Of a stretch of 64,000 nt of DNA, positions 26,336 through 37,879 are shown one piece after another. The translations under genes were made by a program, and so were the position numbers. Each line of letters starts with the position of its first letter. Positions within the stretch are counted from its first letter, which is position 1. This DNA is from Eledone cirrhosa. Lineage: Eukaryota. The DNA is taken from positions 150,164,001-150,228,000 of the forward strand of contig OZ024742.1 of NCBI GenBank assembly GCA_964016885.1, read 5' to 3'. A model generated the notes under the pieces. It saw nothing but the letters and a program-made list of their open reading frames with translations, was not told the origin of the DNA and did not search any database.

Positions 26336-26899
26336 ATCTTGCACTTAAAAACCTTAAATAGAGAAGGTAGTCTCTTGCTGACTCGTGTATGTCGCCAGTG
26401 GCCTGATTTCTCATCGTTTAATGATTTTGACAGAGCTTTTTTTTTTTGTAGAAAGTGGATTTCAGTTTTTTTCTTCTGAGGGATGTCATTTTCGTCACTA
26501 TAAAAATATTCTATATTTACATTTTTTCCACTCATGATAAGTTCAAAATGTTTATCAAAAAGTATCGGTTATTGAAAGATGACACTACAAAGCACACTGC
26601 GCGCCGTGTCACAACTGCTTAAACTGAACTTATACGGTTATCTTCCAAGAATTTGTCTTAACCCATCTATATTTAGATGTCCTTCCGTATTGTCAGCGGA
26701 CTCTATTCAAGTAAATCCTCCACTGATCGATTGTGAGTGTCTATTTTCATTCTGTAAGAATTATAAATAATTTGTAATATTATTTATACAATTGTGAATA
26801 AAATATCATTCCAGTTGTAAATCAGAAAGTAAAAAAAAAACAAACTAATATATCTCTATTGTACAGTATCGTTTTCTTGTATATCCGTTTAGTGTTCGC

Positions 26900-27014
<115 letters not shown>

Positions 27015-27094
27015 GAAGTTATATTTAATTTGCGAACCTTCAACCGTCAAGGTTGTTTTTCTACGGGTATGTCAACATTTATAAAAAAAAATTG

Positions 27095-27159
27095 TATTTT
27101 ATCTGATGAAAGCGCACCAAAACTGCCTTGGTTGCCCTTGAAATATATATAATAAAATA
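27095..27159 (+). ncRNA. Minimal type-I hammerhead ribozyme
   Basis: tattttat-CTGATGA-aagcgcaccaa..ttggttgccctt-GAAA-tatata-TA-ataaaata; 8-bp helix I; lies in a ~190-bp insert between two long (TA)n tracts. Confidence 0.78.
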
Positions 27160-27197
27160 ATGATGGTTTTATAAATGTAGTTTCCATTTATTAATAT

Positions 27198-27274
<77 letters not shown>

Positions 27275-27275
<1 letters not shown>

Positions 27276-28098
27276 AATATAGTGGTGGAACACTGGAAGG
27301 TAATATCCGTAGTGGTAGAGCACTCAGTCCATGGGACGAGTTAGGTAGAAGTGGTTACACAACAGTTAGTTCACCATACCGAGAACAATTGTTTCACCTT
27401 AGCGGATCCTCAGCTCGGAATGGGCATGGTTATAGGAACAGGAAGGACAACCGTAAGAACGCGCATGCGCAGAAACCCGGTCACTTCACACAGGCAATAC
27501 TAGACTGCGAGCGAGAGGTGTAAGGGAGATAACTGCGAGAGTCCGAAAACTTTTTAGGTTGAAAATAAAATTACAAAGAATCAGTCTGGAGCCTTGTAGT
27601 TTTGCAATAGGTGTTTGGCGACGTGTGGACAACGTGTGAACAATTCATATCTCGTGTTTAGGCAATCACTATTGCGTAATCTCTTTAGAATAGTTATTCG
27701 TTCGTCAATACATAAGCCACACGTCGGATTTCTCCTTGCGTATGGCTTGGACTTAGTGATGGCTTTCCATTGAATGGAGTAGTCTATACTTGAGGGACCA
27801 TACGTGGCTCGCGAGTTTCGTGGATGAACGTCTGTCCGGGTACCTGAAGGTAGACTGGTGGTTCAGGAAACGTTCCTTAAATCGGTCCTCCGCCATGCCC
27901 ACATAGGATTTGACCTCCTGTGGTTCGTTTGGTCGGTTGGAAGTGACCACAGCTTCATAAATTATAGCTGGTGTGTTGCATTGCTGTTGAAGGGGGCAAG
28001 CTTCGGGCTTACGGCAAGAGCACCCTGGTGGGGTGTTGCTCCTAGGGCTGCTGGTGATGTGGGCCTTCATGTTCTTAGCGCAGGAGTATCCTAGTTTA

Positions 28099-28100
<2 letters not shown>
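27275..28100 (-). mobile_element. 5'-truncated Penelope-like element (GIY-YIG C-terminus + 3' pLTR)
   Basis: GCSCRKPEACPLQQQC...IIYEA...SYVGMAEDRFKERFLNH, then after a frameshift CGLCIDERITILKR...LNTRYELFTRCPH (stop at 27581-27583); flanked by (TA)n on both sides. Confidence 0.85.
27379..27418 (-). ncRNA. Minimal type-I hammerhead ribozyme in PLE 3' pLTR
   Basis: ccgag-CTGAGGA-t-cc-gctaa-gg-t-GAAA-caattg-TT-ctcgg, on the same strand as and ~160 nt downstream of the GIY-YIG stop. Confidence 0.8.
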
Positions 28101-28192
<92 letters not shown>

Positions 28193-28471
28193 ATGAATAT
28201 AAAATGAAAGTGCTTTTTTTAAAAAAAGGAATCTATTAGGTATTGACATGTTTCTGTAACAGACGGAATACCTATGTATCGCTGCTTGCGTAATCATATA
28301 ATGTTAGCAAGTATAATCTTATATATATATATATGAATTGGATTTCGTTTGCTTTCAAGAAACCACTGGTAAATGAAATAATTATCTTATGTTGTTTATT
28401 ACATAACTATTAAGCTCTGTAACCTACATAGAGCACTCTTTTTTCCTGGAACTTTCCGACGGAATTATTTC

Positions 28472-28513
<42 letters not shown>

Positions 28514-29906
28514 TATATACGTACATACATGCATACATAGTATGTGTGTGTGTACGCAGTGGCGGACTGGGTCTAAAAATGTTGGTTGCCAGATGAAGGG
28601 GGCCCACCTACATATAGAATGCTATCATTTAATTTTTATAATGAATAAATAACATTTTCGAAAAATACATAAATGGAAACAAAACAGTGCAATCAAATTT
28701 TTGCGGGAAAATATCTTACCTTCTCCAATAAAGAATATTATGTATTTTGCGAAACCCAGAGACTTTCAATAATGACCAGAAGTCGACCCTAAATATTACT
28801 AATAGCTCTAGGAAAGCCATGAATGACACCACATCTTTTAAACTTTGATTTTGAAAATAGGTTCATAATTATCAATTTTCATTATACTTTTGTAGCTGTC
28901 TCGGTGGCCTAATTGGAGGAATCATTGACGGTGGTGATCCTGGTCGGGAGTAGGGTTCCCGCTAAACCTTTTCAGTTTTTTCTATTGGTTGTAAAATAAA
29001 AAATGAAAAAGTATATATGTACCTCTTGACAAGGATTGAACCCAAGGCCAGGATATCCACCATCTCTATTACCTACAGCTAAGCTGCAGAGACAACTACG
29101 GAAGTCTTATGAAAATTCATACTTATAAACCTACTTTCAAAATTTTCAAAGCAAAGTATTGTAGTGTCGTTCATGTCTTTCTTAATGTTATTGCTCCTAC
29201 TTAAGGTCGACTTCTAAATCATGTGGGTGTTCCATAAACTACATCCTCGTTGTTTCACATCCATCTAGACTATATTTTAACCTGTAATCCATGTTTCATT
29301 TCTGTTGCACCTCATTTCTCTCCCCCACTCTCTCTTTCTCTCTGTGATATTTGAATCTACTATGATTTGGGCTTACTTTATTCATATATATATGTTTTTA
29401 CATGTCAGATTCAGTGGCGGACTAGGTCTAAAAATATTGGTTGCCAGATGAAGGGGGCCCATCTACATATAGAATGCTATCATTTAATTTTTATAATGAA
29501 TAAATAACATTTTCAAAGATTACATAAGTGGAAACAAAACAGTGCAATCAAATTTTTGCGGAAAAATATCTTACCTTCTCCAATAAAAAATATTATGTAT
29601 TTTCCAAAATCCAGAGACTTTCAATAATGACCTTTGGTCTTTCACACTCACCACTCAATATATATATATATGTGTGTGTGTACACCACCTTCACCACTAA
29701 TTGATTTGACAGATGTCTTTAACCCATTGGTACCAAACATTATTTATTCAGTAGTTTGTGTGTATGTGTAAGTATATATATATCTGTATATATATATGTA
29801 TAGCAAAAATAACGGAGCAAAGGACTCGCGTATAATCCTGTAATTAAATGAGCTCAAAGCAAATAGTTTTCCTGGGCACTTTAAAATACAATATATAGAG
29901 GGGAAA

Positions 29907-30052
29907 GAGACAGAAGAGTGTGTTTTTCATTACAAGATTATCAAACCACCAGCGTGAAGATAATATAAGGTACTAGATGCCTCTAGTAGCTTATATTATC
30001 TTCACGCTGGTGGTTTGATATTCCTGTAATGAAAAACACACGCTTCTGTCTC
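29907..30052. repeat. Near-perfect hairpin (71-bp arms, 4-nt loop)
   Basis: 29907-29977 pairs with 29982-30052 with few mismatches. Confidence 0.9.
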
Positions 30053-30446
30053 CCCCCCCCCTCTCTCTCTCTCTATATATATATAATATAAAAAGAAAAA
30101 TCAATGATGCATCTGGACTCAATTTATTGTGTGTTACAATTGTTTATATATATTAGAAAATGAGATTTTTTTACAAAATGAAAAAAAAAAAACCAGGTGT
30201 CCTACACGAATGAAAGTATAAGGAAAAAAGATGAAATCGAAAATGCAACTGGAGTCTTTTTTTCTTTTTAAATATATTTTTATTTGGTTCCTTTACCGGT
30301 TTCGCAGATTCGCAATACATATATATATATATTTTTTTAATACGATGCAATACCAATGATGGTTGGAAAATCACTGACGAAGGACTATTTTTATCATATG
30401 TAACCCATGTGCAAACCACGCAGTATTCTTCTTTCTTCTCATGTTT

Positions 30447-30507
<61 letters not shown>

Positions 30508-30583
30508 CGAAGGAAATGTGGTAAGGAACCAGGTGGACCATAACGCACCAAAGTACTCAATACTTGAGGTAGTAGAGTGGGTA

Positions 30584-30694
30584 ATAGGAACCAGTAAGAC
30601 CCCGACAGCTGAGCTCAAGCCGTTTCGACGGCTAATTCTGGACTGAATTAGCCGTCGAAACGGCTTGAGCTCAGCTGTCGGGGTCTTACTGGTT

Positions 30695-30699
<5 letters not shown>
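30584..30699. repeat. Perfect hairpin (55-bp arms, 6-nt loop) containing a hammerhead 3' half
   Basis: 30584-30638 is the reverse complement of 30645-30699; contains GAAA-cggcttgagctcagctg-TC-gggg. Confidence 0.9.
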
Positions 30700-30778
<79 letters not shown>

Positions 30779-31845
30779 TGTGTGTATGTGTCTATATATG
30801 CATGTTTGCATGCATGAATACATTAAGCTTTAGATTTAGTAGAATGTACAACCACTGATTCCAGGTATTTGCACTAACGTATACTTTGGTTTCTAGTAAT
30901 TCACTGGGGAATTGGTTGACCAAATGCTTTGCTTAATTGTTTTATTTATTTATTTATTTTTTAATGTATTCTTTCTCTTAGATCTCAGGTATTTTTGGAA
31001 AGCAAAGCATTGACCCATAAAATACTACAGTGGGCCCTGCAATGCTAGTGTGGGCTCTTGCAATGCTACCGTGGGCCACCTGGGGCCCACTTGCCATTGG
31101 GTAGCCTAGCCAGTCCGCTACTGTGTACGGGCACGTGCGCTTCTTTTTTCTAGGACATCCCACACCTTTACTTGAAAACAACCCCGCGATCCCTGCAACA
31201 ACAATCCTTTCGCATTAATTAATATTCTACGCGAACGCCCAGCCTGCTAGAAACACCATTCAAACCTCCGCAAAAATTAAAAAAAAGATGAAATAAGGAA
31301 TTTCTAGATGTCTATTAAAAGACGAGATTATTACGACTAGAATGCTCAATAAAAAGTTGACCTGGTGGGGAATGGGTAAACAACAACCTGTTTTCTTGAG
31401 CAAACATTTACACGGTCGCACGTCCTGCTAAAATAGCAGTTAACCAAATGTATTGACGATCGTTTCGTTTAAATAACTGAACTTTCCATTCGTTACAATA
31501 ATCTCATCAGAATCGATTAAATACAAAGTATCAAACAAGTATTTTCATTCTGTAAGCATAAATTGTGGGTATGGTGTGGCGTGCGGTGGCCGGAGGCGGG
31601 GGGGGGGGGGGGAGTGCTCGACCGGAAGGGGTCTTTGGCCGGAAGGATGCTCGACCGGAAGGGCCAGCAGAGGGCCTCTCTCTAGTGGTGACCAGCACAC
31701 GGTGTGGACGCGAGTTTTGGGCAGCTCCCGGTGTTAAGCAGTCGGACGCACGTGGAAGAGAAGTACCTGCAGTGGAATTTAGCGGCGCCTGTGAAAAGCG
31801 GTAAGTGAGATAGCTCTTTCTAACCACAAGCTATTTCGGCGACTG

Positions 31846-31876
<31 letters not shown>

Positions 31877-31904
31877 AAACACTTGCCGCAAAACAAATCA
31901 GAAG

Positions 31905-32666
31905 ATGGCGACAAGACTACGGATGAACGAAGCTATCAGGGCATTCACCGGGGAAGGTGATGTTGTCGCTTGGCTGCGGAAGGTTCGGCTGGTCGCAGGC
32001 TTGCAGAAGATAGAAGACGTGGCCAGCCTCATGGCATTGTACCTCGAGGGCGACACGCTGGTACTCTTCCTTGAGTTGGACGAGCACAGCTAAAGAGATG
32101 TGCAGAAGATTGAGAGGCGTCTGATGGATGCATTCGCCGAGGGACCGTTGGCGGCTTTTGCTAAGCTGGCGAGAATCAGGTGGAATGGTGAGCGCGTCGA
32201 CATTTTCGCAGCGGAAATAAGGCGGTTGTCTATATTGGCCGGTTACCAGGCGGAATGCGAACGCACGGTGCGGTTGGCGTTCATCAATGGATTTCCGGAC
32301 GACATAGCGGTGAAACTGCAGCAAGTCCCGGGGTATAAAGAGATGGAAATGCGTTCACTGGTGGAACAAGCCCGGATCATAGCGGAAGATGCCAAAAAGT
32401 GTGTTGCGGCGATAGCGACTATGGAGGCTCAGGACACATGGCAACGAAATGGTGAAAGGCAGGCAACCTCGGCACGCGGCCGTCCGCGCGAATTTAGGGG
32501 GCGCTGTTTTAGGTGCCAGGGCCCGCATATGGCTAGAGACTGTAGAGAGTCGAAGCCGGACATAATTTGCTACCGGTGTAAGCGACCAGGCCATATCGCT
32601 ACTAACTGCGACCAGGGAAACGATCCAAGGGGAACTACTGCGCCGGTAGTTGCTCCTTACGAGTAG
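31905..32666 (+). pseudogene. gag: Gypsy gag (premature TAA at 32091-32093)
   Basis: ORFs 31905..32093 and 32100..32666 share a frame; two zinc knuckles, CFRCQGPHMARDC and CYRCKRPGHIATNC. Confidence 0.9.
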
Positions 32667-32672
32667 CGGCGC
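32615..32672 (+). promoter_or_regulatory. Candidate -1 programmed ribosomal frameshift signal (G GGA AAC + H-type pseudoknot)
   Basis: Slippery heptamer in the gag frame; stem 32627-32639/32645-32658; loop gcgcc complementary to ggcgc at 32668-32672; the -1 frame is open into the protease. Confidence 0.7.
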
Positions 32673-35483
32673 TGCCCGTGGTGGAAGTCTTCGTGAGGGG
32701 GAAGCCACAGCGAGCCCTCGTGGATACGGGCTGTACGACGACACTGGTGACCGTGGGGGTGGCGCAGAGGTGGGGAGGGAAGAGCAGCGTAAGGGCAGTC
32801 GACGGCAGGAAAATTGAATGCCGAGGTCGCAGCGAGATGGAAATAGCGGTACGGGGAAGGACGATAAGGCTTTCCGCCATCGTGGTAGACAGTGTGGTGG
32901 ATGGGATCGGCGTGGTTATGGGCATGGACGCGATTGGCCGTCTAGGGGGCGTCACGGTGAACAATGTCGTTTGGCGCCGCTGCATCGGTATGCGCTGTGA
33001 GTGCACGTCATGAGAACCAGAAGGCCCTCGAGGAGGAATACCCCGCTTACACTGTACAGGACAAAGACTTCAAGGCCGTGTTTGATGGGCAGCGATGGGT
33101 TGTTGAGTGGTACTGGAAGGGAGAACCACCAACGCTGAAGACCAAAGTGGGCTGCTATAAACACACATTGAAGGGAAACGCTAGGTGTGAGTTCGAGCGA
33201 GAAGTAGAGAGATGGATCGAAGAGGGCATACTGCTTCCCTGGAAGGAGGAGGTGAAGTGCGGAGTATTGCCGTTGATGGCGGTGGTGCAACCCACGAAGA
33301 TCAAGGTGAGGCCGGTGCTGGACTATCGAGAGCTGAACGAGCACGTGTCATGCCACACGAGTGGCGAGGTTACGGATGTCTGTGGGGAAACCCTGCGTGA
33401 GTGGAGACGCATGACGGGGGGTTCAGCGATCGTGGATCTAAAGACGGCTTACTTGCAGTTGCATATAGATGAGAAGCTCTGGCGGTATCAGCTGGTCAGG
33501 TATAAGGGCCGGACATATTGCCTGACCAGGCTAGGTTTCGGGCTGAGCTCCGCACCGAAGATCATGGCGGCGGTCCTCAAGACCGCTCTGGGGAGGGACG
33601 ACAAGATAAAGAGGGCTACTAACTCCTATATTGACGACATCCTAGTGGACGAGTCGGTGGTGTCGACGGCGGAGGTCACGAGCCATTTGCGGAGGTATGG
33701 ACTGACTGCGAAGCCATCAGAAGCATTGGAGGGAGGAGCCGCGCTGGGACTTAGGCTACGGCGAGATAAGACGGGCGTTTTGGTGTTCCAGAGGGGAAAC
33801 GAAGTTCCGGAACTGGGCCCAAGTATGAATAGGCGGGAGCTTTTCTCGGTGTGTGGAAAGCTGGTGGGTCACTACCCGATCGCTAGGTGGATCCGGACGG
33901 CATGCAGCTATGTCAAGAGACGAGCGGGAGGGGTGACTTGGAGTGACAGAGTGGGAGAGAGAACGGTGGCCATGATGCAGGAGATCGTGGGGAGGGTGAA
34001 GGCCGACGACCCAGTGCGGGGACGCTGGTACGTTCCCAAATCACGGAGCGGGACCGTATGGTGCGATGCCAGCAGCATAGCGCTAGGTGTCACGTTGGAG
34101 ATAGGAGGTGTTGAGGTCGAGGATGCAGCCTGGCTTAGAAAGAAGGACGACTGCAGCCACATCAATGTGACCGAGCTGGACGCGGTGTTGAGAGGGGTGA
34201 ACCTCGCCCTGCAGTGGGGGCTGCGCACCATCGAGATACGCACCGACTCGGCTACTGTACTCGGATGGGTAAGATCAGTGCTCACCAGTGAGAAGAGAGT
34301 GCGAACGAGAGGCGCAGCGGAGATGCTGATAAAGCGCCGCCTGGGAACGTTAGGAGAGCTGGCCACCGAGTTCGACCTGAAGCTGGGCGTAGTGTTCGTG
34401 CCCTCAGAGAAAAATAGGGCGGACATCTTAACTAGAGTGAAGAAAGCCTGGATGGAAGCCCCGGAGGAGGTAGAGGATGAGATAGCTGCCGTGTATCGGC
34501 TGACCGAGTTAGACCTGAAGGGGTTGCATGATATGCACCACATGGGGGTGGATGATAGTCTGTTCCTAGCCAGGAGAATCGACTCGGACGTTAGCAGACA
34601 CAGTGTTCGGGGGGTGGTTAGAGGCTGCGTCCGATGTCAGTCCATTGATCCCGCCCCGGGTGTACACGAAACGGGAAGCCTCCCGGTGGATCGCGACTGG
34701 AAGCGATTAGCGGTGGATGTGACGCACTACCGGCAGGGAACGTACCTCTCGATGGTCGACTGTGGACCAGGTCGAATGGCGATATGGAGGGAGATGAAGA
34801 CTGGAACGGCCGAGGAAATCGTGCGGACGTTGAGAGAGGTGTTCTTGGAGCGGGGCCCTGTGGATGAACTGCTGATGGACAACAGCGCAGCGTTCCGCTC
34901 GGAGGCACTGAGGGAGATGCTCGATGGATGGAAGGTGAACCGTTTCTTCAGAGCGGCGCACAGGCCGAGCGGGAATGGAATCGTGGAGCGACACCACCGG
35001 ACGATCAAGGCAATGGCGGAGCGGGGCTATATCTCACCAATGGAGGCAGTGTTCTGGTACAATATGTCCCCTCGGGTTGGACAGGTCGAGGAATCGGTGC
35101 CACATAGAGCAGTATTCAAATACGAGTGGCGGCACCCGTGCACGCCACCACAACGGCCAGTGGGGAGAGAGAGTGCATTCGTGCAGGTGGGCGAAGAAGT
35201 CTGGGTTAAGCCCCCAGATGCACGTTGCACATCTCAATGGGGAAGGGGAACGGTGACGGCCGTAAATTCAAAGAACAATGTGTCCGTGGACGGGGTACCA
35301 CGTCATGTCCTGGATGTAAGAAGAATCACTGTATCGACGGACTCCGAGGAAGAGGAAACCCAAGATGAGGTGGAAACCCAGAGCTCTGCCCCAATACTAC
35401 GAAGATCGCAACGAAGTCGTAGACCACCGACCTGGACGGCAGACTTTCATATGCAGAGGGACGAGGGGGAAATTGATCCTTGA
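32615..35483 (+). CDS. pol: Gypsy pol (protease, RT, RNase H, integrase); one frameshift near 32960
   Basis: ALVDTGC (protease), LGFGLSSAP...YIDD (RT), WCDAS (RNase H), H..H...CVRC and DVT...MDNS...NGIVERHHRTIK (integrase). Confidence 0.92.
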
Positions 35484-36466
35484 GATCAGGGGGGCGTGTG
35501 GGTATGGTGTGGCGTGCGGTGGCCGGAGGTGGGGGGAGTGCTCGACCGGAAGGGGTCTTTGGCCGGAAGGATGCTCGACCGGAAGGGCCAGCAGAGGGCC
35601 TCTCTCTAGTGGTGACCAGTACACGGTGTGGACGTGAGTTTTGGGCAGCTCCCGGTGTTAAGCAGTCGGACGCACGTGGAAGAGGAGTACCTGCAGTGGA
35701 ATTTAGCGGTGCCTGTGAAAAGCGGTAAGTGAGATAGCTCTTTCTAACCACATAAATAACATTACAAATTGTTCACAATTCTTTCAGAATGAAAATTTAA
35801 ACACATATAGTAGATAATAAATACAGTTAATCTCACAAATATAACGCACCAAAATATACGATCAGAGCGAGAGAAAGAAAAAAAGGGAAAGGGAACAGAA
35901 ACAAAAACGTCCATTAATTCACCAAGTGCGACAAACCGCCTCACATCACAGGCGTCAACGGAAATTTAGCCAAATGTCACTCAAATCACACCCTACAGGG
36001 AATGAGACATTTGATAATGTGATCCCAGATACATTGTATTTAGTAGGGAAAAGACGGTGTGGTTACGAATAGAGTGTCTTTGATCATGTCTCCTGGACAG
36101 GGGCTGACTTTGGACAAAACAACTACCTGTTACAGTTTTCTGATTAAGTAGCACAACATACCAATAACTTATGTCGCTGTTACTATTCAACTCTGTTGTC
36201 TAAACCGCACGACTATTTGATTACTCTTCTACTATTTCATCGTTAACCGTCCTGCGAGAGAGGTACGGAAGTGAGTGGAAGATAATTTCTCGGCCTCACC
36301 TAGTTGATCAGGTGAGAAAGACAGCAGATACTACTAGGATAAAAATTACCTACCCAATTGTGAGAGAAAGACAGATAGAGGGAGGAGAGTGTTAGCCAGA
36401 GAGAAAAATTAACAGCGTCACCTGTAGGAAGTAAGATTAAACTAGGTTGTTTATTAACTGTTCGCC

Positions 36467-36530
36467 ATGTCTCTTTTAAGTAACCACCTGTTATTAATTC
36501 TGATTTTTATAGCAGTAACCACTAAATACA
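36467..36530 (+). CDS. Ly6/three-finger protein gene, coding exon 1 (signal peptide)
   Basis: gccATG Kozak; MSLLSNHLLLILIFIAVTTKY + A; gtaagt donor at 36531; phase 1 joins exon 2 in frame. Confidence 0.75.
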
Positions 36531-37582
36531 GTAAGTAAATATTTTATCTTATCATTTTAACTATATCCAATTTATTTATATAAAGATGTTTTTAAAAAAT
36601 AAACAAATTAAATCCACTTAGAGTAGGTATAAAGGTATGAAGTTTCCAACATAAAGTCACTTTTTTTACTCAGTCTTTTCTGAGTGTTTCTTTTCAAACT
36701 TAAAAGAATCGCATTTATATTTAAAACCCTGACCCATATACTTTATTAAATGATGATATGATGTGGTATACATCATATTAAAGTTTTGATCCTCTAAACT
36801 TAAATAAGGTGACACTTAGAACTATACCAAATTGTTTGTCCTATATTTCGTTATTATTATTATTTGCCTTTCATCCTTACGGGGTCGATAAAATAAAGTA
36901 CCAGTAATGCACTGGGTAATTTTGCTGGCCTTGTTCCAAAAGTAGAAACAATTATTATAAACAACTATATATTAGTTTTTTCTCTTCAAATATTTGTTCG
37001 TTTTTTTTTTATCATTTCAAAACGAAATTTTCTGATTTCATAAAGTTTATACTTCTTTTCTCTGTTACTTTTAATGGAGTTTGTTAAATTTCGTGTGTTT
37101 TTTTTTTTACATAAAAAGCAAAACACTTGTATTGTTTCTGACAACCATATTGGTCAAGCTAACGAAAAGTGCCTGGCAATAAAAATATTTATCTTGACAG
37201 TTATGAATTAAATATATAATTGCTTTACGTTGTTCTCGATAACTATGAGACTGAGCGTACTTATGTTGTTTACCTATGGCGACAGTGAAATAAGGATTGT
37301 ATTTAAATGTCTATCTTTTGGGGCTAATTTTAAATGTTTTTGTCGCCTGCAGAATGTAGCGAGGAAATTATCAGTTTCGAACGAATAATTATACTGGAAT
37401 TAACCTTCGACTTGCTAGCAATAGATACCAAATCTCCTCCGTCTTAAAAAGGACATCTTAGTTTTAAAAAACCTACAAAAACAGGTCGCTGATCACAGGT
37501 GTACTCAATAAGGATTGACCTGCATCTAAACTACATTCAATGAATACGCTTTCTCCGTTTGAAGATGCAAAGCCATCTAGAA

Positions 37583-37701
37583 CAGGCATGGGCAACCTTT
37601 TTCGAACAGTGGGCCGCATATGATGTGGCTCATCACAAGGCAATTTTGAAATTAAGCTTGCCATTCGGAAAGCCAAATGGGTCGCAGTTTGTCCATGACT
37701 G
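37583..37701. mobile_element. hAT-type MITE (119 bp)
   Basis: TIRs CAGGCATGGGCAA / TTGTCCATGACTG; 8-bp TSD ATCTAGAA at 37575-37582 and 37702-37709. Confidence 0.85.
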
Positions 37702-37879
37702 ATCTAGAAAGAGAGAGATAAATAATTGTTTCTACCTTTGGCACAAGGCCAGCAATAACACCAGTGCATTACTGGTACTTTATTTTATCGACCCCGGAAG
37801 GATGAAAGGCAAAGTTAAAGAGAGAGATAAATAATAAAGCACTTATATGTCGCCATCAAAACGAAAGAATGTTCAAAGA

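Larger units (their letters stand above)
28557..31123. mobile_element. Non-autonomous hAT-like element with nested insertions
   Basis: TIRs CAGTGGCGGACTGG / CCAGTCCGCTACTG; tgtacg on both flanks (28551-28556, 31124-31129); left ~220 bp duplicated at 29412-29632. Confidence 0.7.
31564..35752 (+). mobile_element. Full-length Gypsy/Ty3 LTR retrotransposon
   Basis: LTRs 31564-31828 and 35497-35752 (TGT...ACA; 5 substitutions plus a G-run indel seen); 5-bp TSD TAAAT; purine-rich PPT at 35483-35496; domain order gag-PR-RT-RH-IN. Confidence 0.97.

Noticed and set aside
26340-26820. Coding-like sequence with short ORFs on both strands
   Set aside because: No motif recognised; probably decayed transposon sequence.
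28237-28274. Hammerhead-like remnant (-): taggtatt...GAAA-catg-TC-aataccta
   Set aside because: Helices I and III and the GUC site are present but the CUGANGA core is lost; treated as a degenerate relic, not a feature.
35762-36240. Possible divergent minus-strand gene (short ORFs, ag|gtagtt donor near 36127)
   Set aside because: No recognisable protein and no downstream minus-strand exons found.
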